NCBI GenBank assembly: GCA_054661495.1
Contig: BAAFSQ010000042.1
Coordinates: 1-32,000 of the forward strand
Source: Zygophlyctis sp. KS116
Lineage: Eukaryota; Fungi; Chytridiomycota
Reading direction: 5' to 3'
DNA length: 32,000 nucleotides
Shown here: positions 22,812 to 32,000 of the stretch, piece after piece
How positions within the stretch are numbered: position 1 is the first letter of the stretch
Layout: each line of letters begins with the position of its first letter
Notes under the pieces: generated by a model
Seen by the model: the letters and a program-made list of their open reading frames with translations, nothing else
Told to the model about the DNA's origin: nothing
The model's database searches: none
Translations under genes and position numbers: made by a program

Positions 22812-23828
22812 ATGATTAAACAAACCATTATACTTTCTTCTCTCTATATGATTGCTCAAACTAAGTCTGATTTTGAATATAGCGGTCAGTACAATCAACC
22901 AGAGTTTATCAGTGGAATCATCAATACCATGAATGAATTTAGATCAGTCAAGAATCTGCAATGGGATCAAGAAATTGCAAATTGTACTTTTGTTACTGCT
23001 TGTTTTAGACAGAAATTTCTTTCTGTGTCTGCTCATGGTCATGCAATGGGGATGAGGCCTTGTCATACTTACACTTGTGGTGGAGTCACATGTAAGAAAA
23101 CTGCTGCTTCAGAAGGTGCATTTCAATTTGATATCAGAGAAAAAGATGGTTATCAGAAGCCTATCAGAGATATAGTTGCAAATCCTGATGGTGGTCATGA
23201 AAAACCAATACTAAGTTTGAATACTACTAGAATTGGATGTGCGACACATATCGCAGATAAAGTACTAGCAAATAATGCTAATCTTTATTGTGGTTATAGT
23301 AAGAATCCAGACTGTCATGATGAAAATTGTTGCAATCAGTTTTATAAAACTAAATTAAAAGAATGTAAGGAAAAGGTTTCTACAGATGGAACTTATTATT
23401 TCCGTTCTTGGGATGTATGTGACAGTTTTCCAAATGCTGATCATGTTATTGCTGCAAATATCCAGATGCAAATTAATGCATCTGGTATCCCCAATCCTGA
23501 AACGACAATTCAGAATATACCAACGACTGTAGTTTCTACGACTACAGTTTCTGCGGCTACAGTTTCTGCGGCTACAGTTTCTCCGACAACAGTTTCTACG
23601 ACTACAGTTTCTCCGACAGCAGTTTCTCCGACAACAGTTTCTAAGAATGATGTTGAAAATACTGAAACTACTTCTACGACAATACCATCGACAGCAGTTT
23701 CTCCTACTGTATTGGCACCTTCATCTTATCCAACCAATTATGATGACACTGTAAGCATTGGCAGCACTGGGATGCGTAATGTTGCATTTACAGGACTATT
23801 TTCATTTTTCATATTGATTCAGTTTTAA
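22812..23828 (+). CDS. Secreted, probably GPI-anchored, divergent CAP/SCP/PR-1-like protein with Ser/Thr stalk
   Basis: Signal-peptide-like start; MNEFR..KNLQWDQEIA and GH..IL...TRIGCA CAP-like motifs; Cys-rich region, S/T repeats, hydrophobic C-terminus. Confidence 0.7.
   Translation: MIKQTIILSSLYMIAQTKSDFEYSGQYNQPEFISGIINTMNEFRSVKNLQWDQEIANCTFVTACFRQKFLSVSAHGHAMGMRPCHTYTCGGVTCKKTAASEGAFQFDIREKDGYQKPIRDIVANPDGGHEKPILSLNTTRIGCATHIADKVLANNANLYCGYSKNPDCHDENCCNQFYKTKLKECKEKVSTDGTYYFRSWDVCDSFPNADHVIAANIQMQINASGIPNPETTIQNIPTTVVSTTTVSAATVSAATVSPTTVSTTTVSPTAVSPTTVSKNDVENTETTSTTIPSTAVSPTVLAPSSYPTNYDDTVSIGSTGMRNVAFTGLFSFFILIQF
23523..23642 (+). repeat. 15-nt coding minisatellite x8 (xTTVS-like pentapeptide)
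   Basis: Eight consecutive 15-nt units, each ending AGTTTCT. Confidence 0.92.
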
Positions 23829-23928
23829 AAACAAAATCATTCTTCAAGATAATTATTGAATTTGAGATCAGTAGTATAAAATTCTTATCGTAAAGTCCGC
23901 TGAACGAAATACCAATAATCTTTTGAAA

Positions 23929-24469
23929 ATGTTTACATCAATCAATATCAAGGAATGGGTAGAGAATAATTCTCATTTATTACAGCCTCCTGTCAATAAT
24001 TACTGTTTATATAACGAAAAGGATTTTACTGTCATGCTCATTGGCGGTCCAAATATTAGAAGAGATTATCATGTACTTTTGGGTTTTCTAATATTAGATT
24101 AATTGCACAGAAGAATACTTTCATCAGATTAAAGGAGATATGATTTTAAAGATTGTCGAACCAGACGGGAAGTTTACTGATGTACACATAAAAGAAGGGG
24201 ATGTGTTCTTACTCCCAGGAAACATTCCTCATTCACCTCAGAGATTTGAGAATACGCTCGGAATAGTCTTGGAGAGACGCCGTCCTGATAATTCTCTAGA
24301 TACGCTTAGATGGTACTGTGAAAAAGAGGAATGTAGATCAATCGTGTACGAAGAATCATTTCATTGTGTGAATTTAGGGACACAGTTAAAACCAGTCATT
24401 GAAGCATATTTCTCTGATGAGGAAAAAAGAACTTGTCCGAAATGTGGACATCTGAATCCTAAAAGTTGA
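23929..24469 (+). CDS. BNA1: 3-hydroxyanthranilate 3,4-dioxygenase
   Basis: [19 protein letters not shown]|[23 protein letters not shown] and TCPKCG; intron 24073-24097 (25 nt). Confidence 0.95.
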
Positions 24470-24517
24470 ATTATAAAACCCGATCTCAAAGTTTTTAGAT
24501 AATCTAATTGATTGCTT

Positions 24518-25961
24518 TTATTCTTCAGTTTCCTCGTGATGAGTCTCAAAAGTTCCAGAGACAAGTGCTAAAGTACTGCAAAAAGCAATAAAATATACCT
24601 ATAATTAGTATAAAAAATATCTTACAAAAGTTTCAATGTAAAGAAATGCTCTATTATAGGGAGTGTTCACTGTTTGAGACCAGACATTAGGAAAAATTAA
24701 TGTCGCTGTTAGTACACCCAATTGCTGAATAACTTGAATAGAAGAAAACATTGCGCCTTGGGATTCATGAGAAACAGATTTTGATAAGAGTCCCTTTGCA
24801 GTCGGAGTACCAAGCGCACTAAGTCCTTCAAAAGTGACAATGGCTAAAATCATCCAGCCAGCAGTAGCAGTAGACATTAGAAAAGCTCCAAAAGTCATCA
24901 CCATGAGAGAAATTCGCAAAATCCAAAGATCAAATAAAATAGACTGGGTAAATATTCGTTTTACTATTGGAAATATGAGAACCATTGTTAATAGTCTTCC
25001 AAGTGCTAATATTAGCAAGTAAATTCCTTGATCAAACGAATCCCATCCAAAAGAGAAGGCTGCCCATAAGAAAAAAGTACTTGCTCCTCCAATTGTAATT
25101 CCAATAGAATACATTACAAAAAACAGTATAGCTCTATAAGTTGCGTATGTTTCACCAAAAAAGGTGATAATTGATTTTACAAATTCTATAGGCGAAATAT
25201 TCAAACTGTTTGGGCTGCTTTCCTTATTGAGAGATTCTTTAACTACTAGAAGAATGTATAACAGAACAAAAATTTGGATTCCTAGAGAAACCTCAAATAC
25301 CCGTTCCATTCCATTTTCCAGTCCTCTATAAAGGGCACCACCAAGCACAGGTCCAATAGTGAATCCTAGAAAAAATGTAGTTTCAAGAATCACGAATACA
25401 GAAGTTCTAGACTCTGCAGTGCTAATATCTGCAATATAAGCAAAAGATGTAGAAACCAACATTCCCCATGATCCTAAAAATCCACCAATCAATCTCTCTA
25501 TAGCCAATAGCCATAACGGTAGCCGTAGTTGCATGATCAACAATATGGCGACATTGGAAAGTATTGCAGATCTTAAACGTAAAATGTATATTGACTTACA
25601 TGACCGGCAAAAGCATGATTGGCTTTCTACCAGTACTATCTGATAGTTTCCCCAAAAGCGGAACCGAAAGTAGTGATGGTATATTTGCGAGTAAGGCAAA
25701 TGTCATTTCCCATTTAGCCGTCGCCGATTGAACATTTGGCAATACTCTACATTCTTCCCATGATATAGTACTTGATCCATAATTTTCCTGACAAATATAC
25801 AAAAGTAGCCATTGTTGCGTTACATTTATAATCTGACTGAATGCTAAAATATGCAAGAATAGAGCTGGGAGAAGCAGAACTGGACTATTTGCACCTTGTT
25901 TAGGGACCGATGTAGAATCAGGAATAATCTCTTCTAATAGAGGTTCTTGCTCATTGTCCAT
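24518..25961 (-). CDS. MFS transporter (SLC46/TCR-Tet-like)
   Basis: GKLSDSTGRKP motif A, AYIADIS...R, GFTIGPVLGG, multiple TM segments, N-terminal EQEPLL dileucine-type sorting signal. Introns 25572-25599 (28) and 24599-24625 (27). Confidence 0.9.
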
Positions 25962-25981
25962 GACTGTATTTATTTATCTGT

Positions 25982-27127
25982 CTAATATGCAAGGGTTTTG
26001 TACATGAAAGAAACTGAGTCCTTGATCATTAATGGATCCAGATCAACAGCCTCATAATGCATAGCTGCCACAACCCATAAATGTGGACCGGTTAGTACTG
26101 AAATAGAAACTACAAACACGGCCCATACATTCACATCTACCAGAGTTAGTGAATGCATTCCAAAAGCTAAAAGATATGCTCCAGTCATACTTAATAAAGC
26201 TATTAAAGTGAATGGTGCTGTAAGATAAAGAAATCTAGCTAAGTCGGTCCATTCAACTTTTCTAATTGGAGAAAATGCTGGATTTGATGACTGCTTGAGT
26301 GAAGATATTTCTGATAGCATATGTCCGATTGAGTGCCAAGGTCCTAAATAGACTATAAATCCTACCAGAGGATTCATAGAGTTGAATAAAATCCAAAACA
26401 TTGCAGATTTTAATATTTCATATATCCAAACTTGAGAACTTGGCTCCTGTTTTATAACTGGAAATTGTGCCGGTGTAAAATCTTTCAGCTCTATTAAAAG
26501 ATTTACAATTGCAAAAGTTGTTAAAAGTAGAAAATGTTGACTCACCATTATCCTGTGAAGCCAGACATAAGAATAAGATGAGTCTGGAACCTTTATAAAC
26601 CTTTCAACAATTGATATAGTTAGGTGTGGTCTTGTAAGAATCGCTAAAGATAAGATGAAAACTCCTCTTGAAAGGTATAATATTTGTTGATAGATTGATT
26701 TTAATTGAATGTAATCTAGATCCCCCTATCTTTAGAATTTTAGAAATACCTCTCCAAAATGATATGCTGACAATGCAAGAAAAATCAGAAATGTAAATGA
26801 AGTCTGATACTGCCAAGACACTGACCATAAAACCATTATACTTAAATAATGAAAATAAAAGATTATTCTAGGGATTATCCAGGCCATATTTGATGACTTC
26901 TTTCCTTTGTCAAAGTTTCTGGTATAGTACAACTGATAGAAAACAATATGATCTAATGCACCATGTGGAATAACAGTCAGAACCATGAGTAAGATGATGA
27001 GTAGTCCGGAAATTGATTCAAAGTATTTTGGAGAAAGATAAGAGAAGAGTATGGATAATGCTGTGAGGAGTAATCTACCAAGTTGAATACCATGAGAGAT
27101 CATTTGTTTGCTGGAACGTGATGTCAT
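25982..27127 (-). CDS. blh: Brp/Blh-family beta-carotene 15,15'-dioxygenase (retinal-forming)
   Basis: All four family His motifs occur in a polytopic membrane protein: IPHGALDH, SAYHFGE|GD, WHSIGH, LTGPH. One 24-nt intron at 26726-26749; exon 2 is open from 26725 to 25982. Confidence 0.85.
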
Positions 27128-27205
27128 TGCATTGTGTGATCTGCTGTGTGATCTAAATTCTATTTTTAAACGGCAACTTACCGCCGCAAACCGAAACTTG
27201 TTAAA

Positions 27206-27679
27206 ATGGCTGATCCTGATCAATCTCCTCCAAATGATGGATCCTCTAATGTGCAAGTCAATTACATCATAGTCCCTCTTCTACTTATCCTGATCATCAT
27301 TGTTGCTATACTCCTAATGAAGTATCAGACTTGGTGTGCATGGAAGTTTTTCAAGCCAAAAGTAACCAAGCAAGAGGAACCGGTACAAATAAGTCATCTA
27401 TCCATGTTAAGAGTGAGCTCTCCTCCACTTGATCAATCAAAATTGCAGTCAAAAGAGACTCCGATTGTACTAGAACTTTCAAATTCTGCAGAAACTCGCA
27501 GATCTTCAAGCTCAAGATCTTGGATTTCAAAGTTTAAGAATTCAAAGGATTCTCAACAAAATATGATTGGCTCAATTTTAGATGAAGATGAAGAGAATGA
27601 AGTTACTATTTTAGAAAGTAATGCCATTGTGTATTCAGGTACTCCTCCTTCTTATGGACAATCACATTTGGATGTTTAA
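27206..27679 (+). CDS. Hypothetical single-pass membrane protein with low-complexity tail
   Basis: 157-aa ORF with one strong TM (IIVPLLLILIIIVAILLM), a Ser-rich tail and a PPSY motif near the C-terminus. Confidence 0.7.
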   Translation: MADPDQSPPNDGSSNVQVNYIIVPLLLILIIIVAILLMKYQTWCAWKFFKPKVTKQEEPVQISHLSMLRVSSPPLDQSKLQSKETPIVLELSNSAETRRSSSSRSWISKFKNSKDSQQNMIGSILDEDEENEVTILESNAIVYSGTPPSYGQSHLDV

Positions 27680-27946
27680 TAATTTTTGGGCTTATCAGTT
27701 GAAGCTGATTATATGTACAAGACTGTAGTTCAAACGGAAAATACTAAACTCAAAATGGTTGGCGTCAGTAATCAAATATTCATACATGGTGTTTTTCAAT
27801 GGCAATTTGGCAAATAGTTTTTTACTCAAACCAATAGAATTTATTAATTCTTTTCAAGATATTTGGATGAGATAGATGTAACTTAAGTCGTCAAGAGCAG
27901 CATAACCGCACTCGAAGCCCTCTGTGACAAAAATCTATTTTTTAGA

Positions 27947-29383
27947 ATGAGTCTTCAATGCATCGAGAGATTGCCTTGGTATGATCATCAAGGATTGTCT
28001 TCTCAGCCATACATTATCGGCATTAGCGGTGGATCGGGTTCTGGGAAAACTTCAATCGCTAAAAAGATTATTGATGATCTGGCAATCCCTTGGATCACAT
28101 TGTTGAGTATGGACTCATTCTATAAATCATTAACTGAAGATCAGAGAGAGCAAGCATACAGAAAGTAAGTCATCCGATATAAAAAAAAAGTGAATATGAC
28201 TTTGATCATCCAAACTCATTTGATTACGATATTTTATATGATTCATTACTGAATCTCAAGAAAGGCATCAAGGTTGATATTCCAATGTATGACTTTACAA
28301 CGCATTCAAGGTAATTTTTTAATTTCTAAGCTTTAGATTACCGCAAACTCAAAGCTTGTATGGGGCCAATGTAATAATTTTTGAAGGGATTTTTTCTTTT
28401 CATGATAAAAAAGTTCGAGATCTATTGGACTTGAAAGTTTTTGTTGCTTGCGATGATGATATAAGACTGGCAAGACGCTGTAATTTCGTCTAATATTTTA
28501 AGATCACAGTGAAGAGAGATATCTCTGAAAGAGGTCGTGATTTGAATGGTGTCTTGCATCAGTATCATAAGTTTGTTAAACCAAGCTATGATACATATAT
28601 TAAACGTACTATGGATTATGCAGACATTGTGCTTCCAAAAGGAATAGATTCACAAGGTTTTATTTTGATTTTTATTATTATTTAGCATCAATGGATCTCA
28701 TTATTCAACATGTTTTACTTCAGCATATGAAAAGATGTTTTCCCTTTAAAGATCTTTTGAATACTATATGCTTTGATGAAAAGGCGATCCCATCTACACT
28801 ACATGTATTGGATCAAACTCCATATCTCAAGTCATGCATTGAAAAAATGAATGATGAGAAATTGGAACTGAAAGAATTTTTATCTATTTCAGATGAATTA
28901 GTAGTAATGCTACTTCGTTATGTTTCAACTCTTTTTGAAAACAGTAAAGAATTAACAGTATCAAAAATCTGCGGTGTCTTTTTAGAAAGATATCCTAATT
29001 CTATAAAGATTGATTTTAATCTAGTTTATACAGATGCATCTTTTGGGAAATTATGTATACGCACCTTATCTAATGGAGAACCTGGACTCTATCTTTGTGA
29101 CGTTCCAGAAGATATCTGTAATAGAAAGGTTATTGTATTTGATGCTCAATGCTCAACTGGATCTGCAGCTGTCATGGCTATTCGAGTATTATTGGATCAT
29201 TGTGTCTTGGAGGAAAATATCATCTTTTGCTCTTTGGTTTGCTCAAGATCATCTGCTATTCTCATACATAGTATCTTTCCAAAAGTTGTTATGGTGAGCT
29301 GTAGATTAGAGAACAGCATTACAGTTCACAAGTTTCCAGTTTTGGAAAACTTAAATACTTCACCTGATTCGGAACGTAATTGA
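27947..29383 (+). CDS. URK1: Uridine kinase with C-terminal UPRTase-like domain (URK1/UCKL1 type)
   Basis: [65 protein letters not shown]. Introns 28165-28190 (26), 28311-28336 (26), 28480-28509 (30), 28657-28685 (29). Confidence 0.93.
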
Positions 29384-29419
29384 TTATTTTCCCTCAATAA
29401 ACTCAATATTACATCTCTC

Positions 29420-29767
29420 ATATAATATTTGTAAATCTTCTCCATCTCTAAAAAAAATTCGCTTGTATCCACCCGTAAAAGATCCATAATCATCAGTATC
29501 TGCTATGTAAATCGTTTTGCATTTAGCATTATCTACCCGCTACCCGCTTCCCCCATCCTCGATATTTCTGATATCAGTTAATATTTTATGAGGTGCGGAA
29601 TCATTGACAAGACCATCTCCACTACTGATTATTCTCTTCATATCATTGCCAGTTCTAAGTATTCTTTCCGCATTTTAAAAGACAAGAATTAACTGACAAA
29701 GTAAGACAACTGAAGTTGATTGTGGCGCGTAATCAAAACGCTGATAGTCCAAGTTCGGACGAAATAG
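29420..29767 (-). pseudogene. Decayed fragment of a multicopy protein-coding family
   Basis: The minus strand reads NAERILRTGNDMKRIISSGDGLVNDSAPHKILTDIRNIEDG, then after a frame break KTIYIADTDDYGSFTGGYKRIFFRDGEDLQIL*. It looks protein-like and internally repetitive but has no intact start-to-stop gene. Confidence 0.45.
29597..29767 (-). repeat. Dispersed ~165-nt repeat, copy B
   Basis: Reverse complement of 21199-21361. Confidence 0.93.
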
Positions 29768-29894
29768 TGCGGTACAAAGTTCAAATGTGATAAAGACTTG
29801 AAATTGAATTTGTATTAGTTATCTAAGGAAATTTAAACGGTTTTCTTAATAAATCTAATATTTCCAGAGTTACGTCATTTCAAATAATCAAAGA

Positions 29895-32000
29895 ATGAAC
29901 AATGAGAGTGAGGAAGTTTATGATGATGTATCAGGAGCAACCTGTATAGATGTCGATGCTGTTAATGAGCTTGCCAAGCAAGGTGATTCGTACATCAGTA
30001 ATGATATTCATCAGGTCCAGAAAGCAATTGATTTATTTCTGAACTCTGATTTCTCAAACGCAGAATTATTTTTAAAGACTCAATACTGTAAATCTCTATA
30101 TTACACATTTGGGTATGGGACTATTCTCTTTTTAAAATCGATAATGACTTTTGATCCGGCAGATATTCATGATTGCTCAATAGCTTTAGAAAATTCTGTA
30201 CAATTGGCTTCAATTTTGCGGAAACCGCAAGGTTTTATATCATCTATAAGTGGATATTTTACTGGGAAAGGTTCCAAGGAAGTTGCTCATTTAAAAATCA
30301 TGAGTAAATTAGAAAGGCATGCAGAATTGGTATATGCAGAATCATTTCTTATTAAAGCACAATTATCTCTGGTTACTGATAAGAATATGGTTGCTTTCAT
30401 AAGAGAAGGACTTAAAATTAGAGCATCATATTCCATATATAAGAATATGTATAGATTTTTAAGAAAAGTATACAAGGAAGATGGAGAAGATGGCTTTAAA
30501 AAGTATAATATTGATGAACATTTTGTTTCTGGTGTACTTTTTGGAAATGGCGCATTCAATATGATTCTGTCAATGATGCCATCAAAGTTGCTTAAATTAT
30601 TTGAATTTATTGGATTTAGTGGAAATAGGCAGTTCTCAATGTCTTGCTTAGAGACTGGTGCTAAATGGCCTAAAAGAGATACAACAATGTGTTATCCAGA
30701 GCCAAAAAAAGATATTCCAAAGGATAAAATACTAGTTCCTTTTAAACTTCCAGATGGGGTCTCTGGAAATCGAGCATTTTTGTGTGATCTTTGTTTGCTA
30801 GTATATCATATAGTGTTTTCAAGTATGATTCAACTTCCTGATAGCAACATGCCCTTGGCAGGAAAAATGGTTGATATGCAATTAAAAAAGTATCCGGAAA
30901 GTTTTATTTTTCTTGGATTAAAGGCAAGATTAGAGCAATCCAAATGTAACCCCATGCTTGCTGAAGCTGAATATATAAAAGTAATTGAAAATCAGCTAGA
31001 TTGGAGAAACTTGACTCATGTTTGTTATTGGGATCTTGGGTTTTGTCAAGCAGCTCAAGGAAAATGGAAAGAAGCTGCTCAAAGTTTTCAAGTTTTACTT
31101 GCAGAATCAAAATGGAGGTACGATATCATTTCCTGTTTCTAATTTCACAGTGCTGCTATTTATGCATACCTCCAAGCTTCATTTTTATATCATGCAGACA
31201 AGGAAAAATACGCTGACAAAATTCTGGAACTAATGGATTCTGTTCCAAATTTAACAAGAAAAATTGCAGGAAAAAGCGTACCTTTTGAAGTATGATATTT
31301 CATTATTGATTTCCTAGAAATTTGTGTCTCGAAAAGCAAGAAAGTTTAAATCACAAAACAATCGACTTCTATTACCTGGATATGAAGTAATTTATATGTG
31401 GACTGGTTTTGATATAATCCCTTTATCACATATGAACACTGTATTAAGTGAAATATCAAATCATCTCACTGACCTTGATTCACAACTTGAAAACTTCCAA
31501 AAAACTGGAAAAAATGCAGACTTGATTCCTTATGAAACATTTAATGATGACATTGCATTAGCTAGATTTTTAAAAGGAATTGCTATTCGTGAATTGAATT
31601 ATCCTACTAGCAATACGATAATACCAGCGAATGAATTAGTTTCTATTAAACCAACCACAACACAAATATCACAATTAACACTTTCATCTAAACAATTATC
31701 ATTTATTACTGCTGTTGCAGATCAAATAGTATTCGACCACTGGATCTTACCATACTCAAGATTTGAATTAGGACAAATTTATATGAGACTTGGAAATTAT
31801 AAATTAGCAAGAAAAGAGTTTAAAGCCGCCAAGAATGGCGGCTACACAGACAAGGAGACTGGAATTCTTCGTAAACGCTACTCTATGGAAAATTCATTGC
31901 ATTTAAAAACCCATAATTGTCTAGTAAAATTGACAGTATTGGAAATACTAGCAGGACTTACTGTAGAAGATTCTGAAGACGAAGAGATTGTTGAAGAGTC
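29895..32000 (+). CDS. IML2: IML2/TTC39-family TPR protein (3' end beyond window)
   Basis: LFLNSDF..AE, IMTFDP, HAELVYAE, GLKIRASY, SGVLFGNGAFNMILSMMP, FIGFSGNR, SKWS, KIAGKSVPFE|KFVSRKA. Introns 31118-31150 (33) and 31290-31317 (28). The frame is still open at 32000. Confidence 0.92.

Noticed and set aside
23929-27127. BNA1-MFS-blh as a metabolic gene cluster
   Set aside because: They share no pathway, and adjacency is expected in such a compact genome. Only the 20-nt blh-MFS spacing was kept as an observation.
27721-27775. tRNA-like TAGTTCAAACGG D-arm-like string
   Set aside because: There is no T-arm GTTCRA and no acceptor-stem pairing.

Overview
AT-rich, very gene-dense eukaryotic nuclear DNA using the standard genetic code. 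It is most consistent with an early-diverging, probably chytrid, fungus; this is inferred from gene content (Ecl1, ILV2, BNA1, IML2, URK1) and is not proven. The ORF track is fragmented by ultra-short GT-AG introns: I reconstructed 36 by hand, all 23-33 nt. About 19 genes can be assembled. The left 9.4 kb is one giant gene of about 3070 aa: CCCH finger, Upf1/ZNFX1-type SF1 helicase with an inserted Zn-finger array, NFX1-type Zn fingers, a degenerate PARP-like segment and tandem CbbX/SpoVK AAA+ modules. It is split by a perfect 31-nt tandem duplication that also creates a possible new 25/28-nt intron. The other genes are Ecl1 (absent from the ORF track), ILV2, TMEM120, a P5-type ATPase with a signal peptide and Cys-rich N-terminus, a USE1-like SNARE with about 10 Cys motifs including six heme-regulatory-like CP motifs, ALKBH6-like (10-nt micro-exon), an N-terminal-half uS3m, OST4, PIN4, NOP16, CENP-S, a CAP/GPI surface protein, BNA1, an MFS transporter, an intron-bearing prokaryote-type Brp/Blh beta-carotene dioxygenase, a single-TM orphan, URK1 and IML2/TTC39. 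Two inverted copies of a ~165-nt decayed coding repeat are also present. All family calls come from recognising motifs by eye; no database searches were run.
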